This document shows positions 39,201 through 44,347 of a stretch of DNA of 64,000 bases, piece after piece; positions within the stretch are counted from its first letter, which is position 1; every line of letters begins with the position of its first letter. The DNA comes from an uncultured Verrucomicrobiota bacterium. GTDB lineage: Bacteria; Verrucomicrobiota; Kiritimatiellia; CAIQIC01; Lenti-01. The DNA lies in assembly GCA_937872095.1 (NCBI GenBank), contig CALMNW010000034.1, forward strand, positions 20,107-84,106, given 5' to 3'. A program made the translations under genes and the position numbers. The notes below the pieces were generated by a model. That model saw nothing but the letters and a program-made list of their open reading frames with translations, was not told where the DNA came from and made no database searches.

Positions 39201-40120
39201 TGGTGGCGCAAGAGGATGAAAACGCCGCTGGCGAAACCGCGCTCTTCCGGATTTCGGCGCCGGACGCGCAGGATCGATTCGTGGAGGCCGCCACGCTGGA
39301 CGACGATATCGGCGAGAATCTGGCCTTGGCTTCTAACGGCGCCCGGATTTCCGGGACGCGGGCTTATTTGACGGCGCTGGCGATCGATGGGCAGCATCTG
39401 TCCCGCGCGAATTACGGCTACGCGGTCTGGACGAACGAACCGCCCGGGGCGATGACGCTGGATCTGGGCGCGGCGCGGTCCGTTGCGCGGGTGCGCCTGC
39501 TGAACTGGGACTGGAATTTGCGTTCTCACCGCTATCGGATCGAAACCTCGGAGGACGGGCTGGTTTGGTCGGTGCTGGCGGATGCGAGCACAGGCGAGCA
39601 CCACGGCTGGGAAGATTGGGCGGCAGACGGCCGCGCGATCCGCTATCTGCGCCTGACGGGCCTGTACAATTCCGCGAATTCCGCCGTCTGCATCGCCGAA
39701 TGGGAAGTGTACGGCGCGGCCCCGGCGGCAGCGGCCAGCGCGGCGGCGGTTAACGTCGTCGAGGATCCGTTCCCGCTGACGATCGTGACGAGCGACGACG
39801 GGCCGGACTACACCAACGGCTGGGCGGCCGTGGACGGCGATACGAATACCTGCTGGATTGGCCGGGCGGGCGCCGGCGGCTGGTACATCGCCGTCGGCTA
39901 CGACGCCGTCTGGCACATGACCAATCTCGTGGTGGATTTGGCCGAAGGTTCGGCGACGCAATTCCAATGCCTGCATAGCCTGGATGCCGTGAACTGGCAG
40001 GAGTGGCCGACGGAAAAGGATGAAGATTCCGTCGACATGAGCTATCTGTGGATTCTGTTCCCCGCCGATGGTCCGGCGGCCCCGGAACCCCGCGTGATTG
40101 AAATCCGGCCCCAGCAATGA
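27254..40120 (+). CDS. Giant secreted multidomain protein (about 4290 aa): signal peptide, ~16 SdrD-B/CnaB-like repeats, C25 (gingipain-like) cysteine peptidase domain, 4 MBG repeats, 3 near-identical discoidin-containing repeats plus a terminal discoidin domain
   Basis: Signal peptide MNIRSSWCSRQFLLVAALAVAGISGPARA|GNP; GTG at 27242 is an alternative start. Repeated GDxVWxDxNxDGxQ...GYYxFxNL units run to about 34 kb. C25 catalytic motifs NYVGHGS (His) and TLTCLAA (Cys) lie near 36.0-36.2 kb. MBG-like YDGTPK...AGTYAVVATV units lie at 36.45-37.3 kb. Three F5/8-type-C-like repeats end in CIAEWEVYG. A single 12.9-kb ORF. No PEP-CTERM tail. Confidence 0.85.
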   Translation: MNIRSSWCSRQFLLVAALAVAGISGPARAGNPDGDLRVEIVTAYNLVVDSNAESPSTYAPKSAYIGAKFCNDGTAPLTNVWAYIGDLAAGTPGTYPSRAHPGLVGPLPGGEFALTHEGGTMGATDATRYVGTIDPGECVTVYWLVSYPQLDENGDAVWGPSVKPDDDLWMEYDVWATAQQGAAYYQADDSQTLTCRNEISAMANKIWPNGANKVPQEYQDLLQQYVPLWTNTSAVAEPGAVLRTEGIWYDLGNVGDGFDNDGDLVPDRNAWLQPVGDPDIFDPSCFRMVRTYVMIIVKLNDGTEQVIVTEDQLYFTQIPANNRGAVGYVMYEFVAIGSGCVSTLTPYQEVASGFDNEKFNGDYGAPGQTLTGGTSLLAIAKSADPIVTRPGSNIAYTVTYTNSGPDPSGRPDIGLPVVVQDSIPTGTVYVAGSATAANVLPGGVSSYEVHYSTNHGLTWSLSEPAVATNVTDVQWWLSDPLPAGGAGTVRFTVKIANPWPFPSPIVPNTAGLSFGNTTPFMWAHAQTLLLGNNALGDTVWRDDGAGGGLLGNQLQEGGETGITGVTVRLYYDLDGDGTGDFLFATTNTGANGYYTFTNLPDGHFTVVVETTNSHIPFGYTPTTPTSFSIPLDPARTNVNPVVNWTADFGFAPALTLIKTHTSTNAVREGQLISYNLTVSNNLPGNGTGSGSPATYYAWASSGGADYKNTEWVNYSNAFYPPGPDGLYTSNQFAGPTTVLSLTNFTVGAQLGTVTNVSLVMPIQMVPPIGGDDTVTIEVRTLSPSTIRFSQTYLATSLVSGVWTVPRTGNYAWTWADFDSNAVVTLSAKKNSGGTAGGWILLDAVGFKIESDQTVGVAGDTTTLDPVPLVDRYDPAKLQFVSAQPPESSVETDPTGTIYWDNVGPIYPGGTSTVAVTFKLLEPPGNTNTVVTNTTWVTNAYFTGGAHANNATSSVVVTQFPAATVGDYVWRDLNGDGIQNETNMGIANVAVSITPPAGIDLGRGAGLAITNWTDASGYYLFESIPATGVYTVRVVTATLPGGIGTQTYDEDAVKDSTHAVYLDIYAAPASTNNLHLTTDFGYTLASAIEGTIWHDYDRGQESYREAGEDWMTNVTVYLCASPSPCGPGASIATNVTTTNGYFRFTGNFDGTYTVFVATNSGMLSNGSWHVSFDTDGTNTANYAAVTVPLGGVGRADFSYFRTGPYRIGDTLFYDWNGDGAQDVASEEGIPDVTVWLYEDANSNGVVDAATDALVATTVTTTNGYYVFTNLFATNTYLVMVDRADPDLPASCHVTADPWGALDARSVVTIVNADNFDQDFGFQPYGSGAIGDTVWLDRNADGIQLGTQEPGLPDVEVRLYVDFDGNGDYVLLRTTNTDANGLYLFDELPDGDYRVVVDDADADLPVDAYGNVYYPSTAVSFDVEISGGNTYLDADFGFAPYGAIGDTVFWDLNRNGDQDFNDPGVPGVDVYLYADANGNGIYDTGETLLATETTDATGFYVFSGLLPDDYVVVVETASGPLAGTDQTADPQSDGLACDDPLNVVPCDDQCGWSLAPAQIFMGADFGYAPRGVIGDTVWVDANDNGLRDAGELGIPYVDVILYSNGVAIATNTTDADGIYGFSGLVDFSNYGVRVATNDVDFPAGLTNTWTADGTFDNYTTNIVMSGGAVTSIGGYPCTDCDLNVDFGYRYAGNNSLSGTIGLDAPTYDGLMNDLNPSGPGPGESPYAGVPVTLYLWNDDGDGIIEAGETTQLGSTVTDANGDYAFTGLPNGDGDDKYVVASAAPESYLTLTTTNGSIAGVTVFSTTNLQGYAVSARLAVSVAPSITNMDFAYASQKSYDYGDLPDSYGTLLADGARHVVATVPDLYLGAGVDTESNGQPSAGADGDDLAGTDDEDGVVQLTNAIWTVGAAGGSVEVTVGAGSGWLLGYIDFNGDGDFVDAGEMIASQAVSATGGNGAGVYTNSFTIPAGTFSATSSTPLYARFRLFPEEPLFPELAYAGTAADGEVEDYLWHLAGLGDYVWYDVNGDGIQDVGEPPIVGVRVFLDLNDDGVWQAAEPAATTDADGLYGIGGLIAGTYVVRVDTNTLPVGVLPTYDYDGIGTLHVASVDVAQLDQFFDEADFGYLPPVDIGDRVWFDANRDGIQNAGETDNFIGIPVALLDSNGTIVAQTVTDDNGLYLFEDMPAQTYFLRFDLASISTNENVSTYKVGSDDEVDSDAIIGNVGDYAWTAAVVPVAGESLLTVDLGITTRGSTRADLAEVWGEWVDGQGRVAWRTAAEFGTAGFFVWRIDPASGEETRLNHLLVPSAFQEGGATYGLVDPAAREDEEGAYRIEEVELSGEIVGLGSRSVRFDAPAPAAKSTRDARVAKPIVQAVLPKASQGPSSVLKVQAETEGLYGVELQAIADGMGLALESVQALAEAGSLKITEQARTVPVSYDAARGRLLFHAKAPDRNWYSHADAYLISAGEGLAMPQREPDAAAGASVFPVTLHFEENLFLFNMNRMPDDFYFWVGVVSGTNDLLDPIFPLDLNGYAGGDMRLKVRLMGWSSTTNAPDHHAEFYFNGTLAGDVAFDGQDVAETEMTIPAGTISDGINELRVHGRMPEDQSHSFFVVDWVEASFDRQLAPGTIPAPFAAAGASSISAQAFAEPIALALDAAGNPTRIADESGGLPSRAWTVAPAEDRYEVLEANDVPLLVPKPAAADAWFLSETNAVDYLVIAPRELAPAAQELADYRAGQGLRSGVAVFEDVCDLLAGGVRTPEAISGLLRYAASTWAASPRMVLLAGSGHYDYLGVNTSEANHLPPLLVQMPVGVCASDALLADTGGDELPDVAIGRLPARTEAELAAMIAKIKAYEAEFGAEWQNQLVLVADNADPAGYFAAANERLAELVSAPYSVAERIELDTMDLDLARADLLGWFNSGAGFINYVGHGSIKTLAAENLLAATNVDEMVATDRPSVAVTLTCLAARYEVPAVESLGERLMQREQGGAVAVLGPSGLSQNAPATELGEAFYRTILQDGMGELGMAFLRARRSLPASLFSKDTIAVYNLLGDPALRIAGNDPAAAAKLPAQIFLQDLAQTCDGTPRAVSAATEPAGLAVRITYDGHAVAPTAVGSYAVVATIATADYEGTAAGTLVVSKAAAAVSLTDLEQIYDGTPKTPAATTEPAGLAVEFTYDGEATPPTAAGTYAVVATVADAQWAGVATGLLTVAKAPATVLLAGLAQVFDETPRIATATTVPEGLSVEVRYDGSETPPVGAGSYVVTAVVDDPNFEGMASDVLTVSKASATVVLGSLAQTYDGRPKYATATTAPGELAVDFTYAGSARAPVAAGSYAVVGTVSDPNWQGSAAGTLAIGKADQTIQFASIADQITTAAVELSATASSGLPVSFAVVSGPAVLLGGTSLSFSGPGTVVVAARQGGNENWNAAPEATQVFNVVPVVLSSTRVLVRENGEGRFFVKLSQAPAANTTVTVARCAGSESLSVASGAELVFKASNWDAWQPVTLAADQDANGSDETATFRVSTAGAADRQLEAVALDGDAGENLASPARGTAISGTRGYFLPLAIDGIHASRTNYAYTIWSNPSPGTMILDLQGITTVSRLRLLNWDWSFRSHQYMLESSEDGEDWSLLVDARSGEHRGWEDWVVDDTPARYLRFTGTSNSANTAVCIAEWEVYGPTGSTPRPVCSAVDVSVREAGEGRFFVRLNQAPESNVVVGVACAAESAGLSVKSGQALTFKPSNWNVWQPVVLAAEEDANAEDETASFRVSLSGAADRYVKATALDDDIGENVALASSGTSISGSRGYLLGAAIDGTHLSSTNYAFVVWPGSMTLDLQGEVVVSRVRLLNWDWTLRSHRYRIEASLDGANWSVLADASEGEHRGWEDWPVADQRIRFLRFTGLYNSANSAVCIAEWEVYGTRTQRSELEVSATNVNVREAGEGRFFVRLDRAPAGDVAVAVARVSGDSAISAEDGATLTFKPSNWNVWQAVTLVAQEDENAAGETALFRISAPDAQDRFVEAATLDDDIGENLALASNGARISGTRAYLTALAIDGQHLSRANYGYAVWTNEPPGAMTLDLGAARSVARVRLLNWDWNLRSHRYRIETSEDGLVWSVLADASTGEHHGWEDWAADGRAIRYLRLTGLYNSANSAVCIAEWEVYGAAPAAAASAAAVNVVEDPFPLTIVTSDDGPDYTNGWAAVDGDTNTCWIGRAGAGGWYIAVGYDAVWHMTNLVVDLAEGSATQFQCLHSLDAVNWQEWPTEKDEDSVDMSYLWILFPADGPAAPEPRVIEIRPQQ
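28858..33990 (+). repeat. Tandem array of ~16 diverged SdrD-B/CnaB-type (Ca-binding, carboxypeptidase-regulatory-like) domain repeats inside the giant gene
   Basis: Recurring protein motif G-D-[TY]-V-[WF]-x-D-x-N-x-[DN]-G-x-[QR]-[DN]...G-[YI]-Y-x-F-x-[NG]-L every ~100 aa. Diverged at nucleotide level. Confidence 0.6.
37552..39715 (+). repeat. Three tandem, highly similar ~725-nt repeats (each a beta-sandwich 'RFFV[KR]L' module plus a discoidin domain) inside the giant gene
   Basis: Repeat starts at about 37552, 38286 and 39006. Long identical nucleotide runs occur, for example tacaattccgcgaattccgccgt[cg]tgcatcgccgaatgggaagtgtacggc in copies 2 and 3. Protein copies are roughly 65-75% identical. 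Confidence 0.7.
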
Positions 40121-40184
40121 CGAGGATGAAAAACTTGTCGCTGGCCGCAGGAAGGACTAGGATCGATCGCAATAGGAGATTGCC

Positions 40185-40601
40185 ATGACGGACAAGAAAC
40201 AGATGAAATACGAAAAACCCGTCAGCATCGACATGGGGCGCGTGGCGCCCATCCTCGGCGATACGTGCAGCATCGGAGACGGCGCGGCGGATTGTCCCGC
40301 CGGTATGAACAACGCCATCGTGGCGGTTTGTTCGCCTGCAGGCACCGGTGCGGACAACGATTGCCGCACGGGGTCCGGCGCCGGCACCTTTTGCTGGCCG
40401 ACCGGTTCCAATGCCCAGGTGTATTGCCTGGCGGGATCGGGCTTCGGCAGCAGTCCCGAGCCTTCCGGACTTACGATCCAGAGCGACTCCATCGACGCCG
40501 CGCCGGCCGCGACAAGTCTTTTCAGTCCCGAGCCGGATACCGGCACCGTGGAACCGACCGACGACAAGCCCGATGCTGGCGGCGGGACGGCATTCCCGTA
40601 A
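40185..40601 (+). CDS. Small Cys-rich protein (138 aa) with no Sec signal peptide; six regularly spaced Cys then a Pro/Ser/Ala/Gly/Asp-rich tail; candidate modified peptide/protein
   Basis: RBS aggaga 8 nt upstream of the ATG. Charged N-terminus MTDKKQMKYEKPVSIDMGRVAPILGD with no hydrophobic h-region. Cys at 28/37/49/60/70/81, spacing 9-12, each in a small-residue context (DTC, ADC, AVC, NDC, TFC, VYC). Low-complexity acidic tail. Confidence 0.5.
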   Translation: MTDKKQMKYEKPVSIDMGRVAPILGDTCSIGDGAADCPAGMNNAIVAVCSPAGTGADNDCRTGSGAGTFCWPTGSNAQVYCLAGSGFGSSPEPSGLTIQSDSIDAAPAATSLFSPEPDTGTVEPTDDKPDAGGGTAFP

Positions 40602-40616
40602 TCCGGCCGGCAGCCG

Positions 40617-41306
40617 GTGCGGAGATGCGCGGGGGATTCCGCGACCTGCGGTCCGAAGGATGCCGGGCCTATGTTGAATTCCGATATGTCAGCGGAGTCG
40701 TCCAGCCTATCCGGTACAAAACCCATTTGGTTGTCCCGTGTTTCCGCTCCTTGCCGCGGGGAGAGCATGTGGGGGACCTTGGAGGAAGGGGATTGCCTTT
40801 GGGTGATTCCCGTTTTGTTCGATGCCCTGCAACCCGGCGACGTCGTGGCGTTCGAATTCGGGGGTAAAGTCGTCGCCCACCGGATCGTAGGCCGGGAAGG
40901 CAATGGGTTCGCGACGCAGGGAGATGGCAATGACAATCGGGATTCCACGCCGCTGACCGCCGAGCGACTGATCGGCAAAGTGGTGGCACGGGAACGCAAG
41001 GGCGTTCGCAAAGCCGTGATCGGTGGGAATCGCGGCCGGCAGCGGGCGCGGATCTTGCGGTCCATCTGCTGGATTCGCCACTCCTCCGCGTTCTGGACGG
41101 TGCGCTTGCTTCGCACGCTGCCCGTCCGCCACGTTGTTTCCTGGTTATGGCGGCCGGTCATCCTTTCCGTTGGCTTTATGTCGCCGCAGGGGGGAATCAC
41201 CAAGTTCATCCATCAGGGACGGACCGTGGCCATCTGGAATCCGCAATCGCGGCGCTGGAACTGCCGAATGCCCTACGATTTGATTATATCCCCGCCGGTC
41301 CAATGA
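40617..41306 (+). CDS. S26-family signal-peptidase-I-like protein (SipW/ER-type, S26B-like) lacking the usual N-terminal membrane anchor
   Basis: GESMWGTL (Ser box), VVAHRIVG (His box) and QGDGNDNRDSTPL (GDNN-type box) occur in the canonical S26B order and spacing. No hydrophobic segment precedes the Ser box. The start is uncertain (possible internal Met). Confidence 0.5.
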   Translation: MRRCAGDSATCGPKDAGPMLNSDMSAESSSLSGTKPIWLSRVSAPCRGESMWGTLEEGDCLWVIPVLFDALQPGDVVAFEFGGKVVAHRIVGREGNGFATQGDGNDNRDSTPLTAERLIGKVVARERKGVRKAVIGGNRGRQRARILRSICWIRHSSAFWTVRLLRTLPVRHVVSWLWRPVILSVGFMSPQGGITKFIHQGRTVAIWNPQSRRWNCRMPYDLIISPPVQ

Positions 41307-42544
41307 ATAGCGAACGCGCCACGGATTCCGGTTGCGAGATGGATTTGCTGTGCGATTGCATCGCGCCGAATCGATCCGCGTCGCTCAAGGGGGACCTGCT
41401 CCGCACGCGGTCGGTGGATTGGCCGCGGTTTTTCGCGCTGGCCACCAACCACCACGTGATCCCGTTGGTCTACCAAGCCTTGAAATCCATGGCGGACGGC
41501 GGAGCGGCCATTCCTCCCGAATGGCTGGCCCAGTTTCGAACGCGATATCTGTCCATTGCCGCGTACAACGTCCGGGCCATGGCCCTGCTGCACCGGCTCC
41601 AGCAACTCATGGAAGCGCAGGGCATCCGGCTCGTTCCCGTCAAAGGTCCTGCTTTGGCGATGTTGGCTTTTGGAGACGTCGCATCGCGGCAGTTCGAGGA
41701 TTTGGATCTCATCGTGCGTCGGGAAGACATGTTGCGCGCCGTTGCGGCACTGGAGCGGGACGGCTACGCGTTGCGAGAGCTCTCGATCACGGCCGACCGA
41801 AAACGCTATCTGGCCACGCTGCAGAACTGGTCGTTGGAAAAACCGGGAAAACCACCGCTGGATCTCAAGCCGGTTCTGATTTCCCATGCGCTGATCGGTC
41901 CGGAATCGGCGGACTACATGGCTTCCGCTTGCCGCCGGCTGCCGATCGACGACAAGCGCGTTCTTTGGGCGCCCGGTCCCGAAGCCATGTTGCTGGCGAC
42001 GTGCATGGATGGGGCGAACGAAATGTGGTTCAAGCTGTCGGCGGTGGCCGACGTGGCCGCATTGTTGGCGGCGCATGCGGATCGGGATTGGCACGGATTT
42101 CTCGCCGAAGCGGCGCGCTGGGGACAACGGAGAAGCCTGCTGGTCGGCGCTGGCGTGGCGGAAGAACTGCTCGGGTGCGACTTGCCCTCGGCGTTCCGGG
42201 AAGGGGATCGTCGCGATCCGGCGGCGCGGCGTCTGGCGCGGCAAGCGGCGGAACGCCTGCGGGCGCTGGCTCCCCGCCATGCGATCGTCGGCCGGCAAAC
42301 CTGGTTCGCGCTCCAAACCCGGGAACGGGCGCGCGACCGCTTGCGTTTTGGACAGCGCCTGCTGTTTGTTCCAGGCGCGTTTGAACTCGCGGCCTTGCCG
42401 TTGCCGGGCGTGCTCTATCCCGTGCATTCGCTGTTGCGTCCCTTCCGCTTGGCCTGGGACGTGCTTGTGCGGAAAGGCCGGCAGCGCCGGTTGACGATTC
42501 AGCCGACAGGTGGGAAATTGATGGGTAACGCGAAAGACGCATGA
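41303..42544 (+). CDS. Nucleotidyltransferase-family protein (resembles the 'uncharacterised nucleotidyltransferase' PF14907 family seen in RiPP/lasso-peptide clusters)
   Basis: ATGA overlap with the peptidase-like gene. Core IRLVPVKGPALAMLAFGDVASRQFEDLDLIVRREDMLRAVAALERDGY shows the K-G...R-x-x-x-D-L-D-L-[LI]-V...G-Y pattern of the family. Confidence 0.45.
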   Translation: MNSERATDSGCEMDLLCDCIAPNRSASLKGDLLRTRSVDWPRFFALATNHHVIPLVYQALKSMADGGAAIPPEWLAQFRTRYLSIAAYNVRAMALLHRLQQLMEAQGIRLVPVKGPALAMLAFGDVASRQFEDLDLIVRREDMLRAVAALERDGYALRELSITADRKRYLATLQNWSLEKPGKPPLDLKPVLISHALIGPESADYMASACRRLPIDDKRVLWAPGPEAMLLATCMDGANEMWFKLSAVADVAALLAAHADRDWHGFLAEAARWGQRRSLLVGAGVAEELLGCDLPSAFREGDRRDPAARRLARQAAERLRALAPRHAIVGRQTWFALQTRERARDRLRFGQRLLFVPGAFELAALPLPGVLYPVHSLLRPFRLAWDVLVRKGRQRRLTIQPTGGKLMGNAKDA

Positions 42545-44331
42545 AACCCGAGAACAAGCGATTGTTGCATCTGTGCCAGGCCGTCGGATTGGTCTGGGAG
42601 AGCGCGCGGGGCTGGACGTTGCTCCAAGGCGCGGCGGTCATGGCGCAAGGCTTGTTGCCCATCGCCACGCTCTATTTGACGCGGCGCGTGGTCGATGCCG
42701 TCGGCCAGTTTCTGGCGCAACCTGCGGGCCAGAAAGATCCCTTGCCGCTTTTTACGCTGTTGCCCTGGGTGGCGGGCGTGGCGGTGGCGGGCTGGATTTT
42801 CCGCGCGTGGTCGAACGTGGTGGCCGAGGCGCAGGCCGATGCGGTTTCGGACCACGTGCAGGGCGCGCTGCAGAAAAAATCCACCGAGATCGATATCGCC
42901 TATTACGAGACGTCGACCTACCACAACCAGATGCGCATGGCGCAATCGGAGGCCATGTCGCGGCCCGTGAGTATCGTTCGGAACCTGGCGCAATTGGGAA
43001 GCGGCGCGCTGGTGTTGGGATCGGTAACCGGCGTGTTGTGGCTGTCGCAGGGGTTTTTGCTGCCCGTATTGCTGGCGGCGGCGTTGCCTGGCGCCTTGGC
43101 GCGGGTCCGGAATTCCCGCCAATGGCATGGCTGGCGGGTTCGGCACAGCGAACCGGAGCGACAAGCCGGCTATTTGCACCTGTTGCTGACGTCGTTTCCG
43201 TTCGCGAAAGAAATCCGTCTGCTGGGAACCGGCGGTGAATTGCGCCGGCGGTTCGCGGCCTTGCGCGGCAGTCTTCGCCGGAGCCGATTGGGATTCGTGC
43301 GGCGGCGCGCCGGCACGGAGATCGTGGCCGACGTCGTTTCCGCCTGCGTCGTTCTCGTCGGCCTGGGGCTCATTTATCTGCGGATGGCGGGCAACCGGAT
43401 GACGCTGGGGGACTTGGCCTTGCTCTACGGTGGATTTCAAAAGGGCAAGACGGCCTTCTCGTCGGTCTTGGGCAGTTTGGCCGCGCTCTATGAAGATTCG
43501 CTGTTCATTTCCCATTTCTACGACTTTCTGGGGCTGCCGCAGCGGGTCCATTCGCCGGCCGTGCCCCGGCCGCTTCCGCAACGGATCGAGCAGGGAATTC
43601 GGTTGGAGCACGTCACCTTCCGGTATCCGGGCTGCGCGACGGATGCGCTGAAAGACGTCACGGCGGAAATCCGGGTGGGGGAACATGTGGCGCTGGTCGG
43701 AGAAAACGGATCCGGCAAGACGACGCTCGTGAAATTGCTGTGCCGCCTGTACGACCCCACCGAAGGCCGGGTTCTGCTGGATGGCATCGACATCCGCGAA
43801 TATGCGCTGGAGGATCTGCGCGGCCTGTTCAGCGTCCTGTTCCAGGATTTCGTCCGATATCAGATGACGGCCGAGGAAAACGTCCGCATGGGCCATCTGG
43901 CGGTCCCGCCGGGCGATCCGAGGATTGCCGAAGCCGTTCGCCGGGCCGGAGCCGTTCCCGTGATCGAGCGCTTGCCCCAGGGAAGCCAGACGCCGTTGGG
44001 GAGGCTTTTCAAGGACGGGATGGAACTGAGCGAAGGGCAGTGGCAACGGATGGCGTTGGCCCGGGCTTTCTTGCGGCCGGGACCCATTCTGATGCTGGAC
44101 GAGCCAACCAGTTCCCTGGATGCCAAGGCGGAGCGGGATCTGCTGGAGTCGGTCGCCGCCGGGTTCCAGGGGAAAACCGTCGTGGTGGTCAGCCATCGGC
44201 TTTCGACCGTCCGGATGGCCGATCGCATCTGGGTGTTGTCCGACGGGCGCTTGGTGGAGTCGGGCGGCCACGATGCGTTGGTGCGGGCCGGGGGCGACTA
44301 TGCCCGACTGTTCGCTTTGCGCGCAACATGA
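42541..44331 (+). CDS. ABC exporter, fused permease and ATP-binding protein (type I exporter; no N-terminal C39 peptidase domain)
   Basis: ATGA overlap. Six-helix TMD followed by Walker A GENGSGKTT, signature LSEGQWQRMALARA and Walker B ILMLDEPTSSLD. Confidence 0.85.
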   Translation: MKPENKRLLHLCQAVGLVWESARGWTLLQGAAVMAQGLLPIATLYLTRRVVDAVGQFLAQPAGQKDPLPLFTLLPWVAGVAVAGWIFRAWSNVVAEAQADAVSDHVQGALQKKSTEIDIAYYETSTYHNQMRMAQSEAMSRPVSIVRNLAQLGSGALVLGSVTGVLWLSQGFLLPVLLAAALPGALARVRNSRQWHGWRVRHSEPERQAGYLHLLLTSFPFAKEIRLLGTGGELRRRFAALRGSLRRSRLGFVRRRAGTEIVADVVSACVVLVGLGLIYLRMAGNRMTLGDLALLYGGFQKGKTAFSSVLGSLAALYEDSLFISHFYDFLGLPQRVHSPAVPRPLPQRIEQGIRLEHVTFRYPGCATDALKDVTAEIRVGEHVALVGENGSGKTTLVKLLCRLYDPTEGRVLLDGIDIREYALEDLRGLFSVLFQDFVRYQMTAEENVRMGHLAVPPGDPRIAEAVRRAGAVPVIERLPQGSQTPLGRLFKDGMELSEGQWQRMALARAFLRPGPILMLDEPTSSLDAKAERDLLESVAAGFQGKTVVVVSHRLSTVRMADRIWVLSDGRLVESGGHDALVRAGGDYARLFALRAT

Positions 44332-44347
44332 AGAGGTCCATTTGATT

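Noticed and set aside
39950-40120. PEP-CTERM or other C-terminal sorting signal on the giant protein
   Set aside because: The C-terminus (...EPRVIEIRPQQ) has no PEP motif, no terminal TM helix and no basic tail. It ends in a discoidin-like domain.
40185-40270. Sec signal peptide on the 6-Cys protein, which would make it an ordinary secreted disulfide protein
   Set aside because: The N-terminal 27 residues are charged (MTDKKQMKYEKPVSIDMG...) with no hydrophobic core, so Sec targeting is unlikely.
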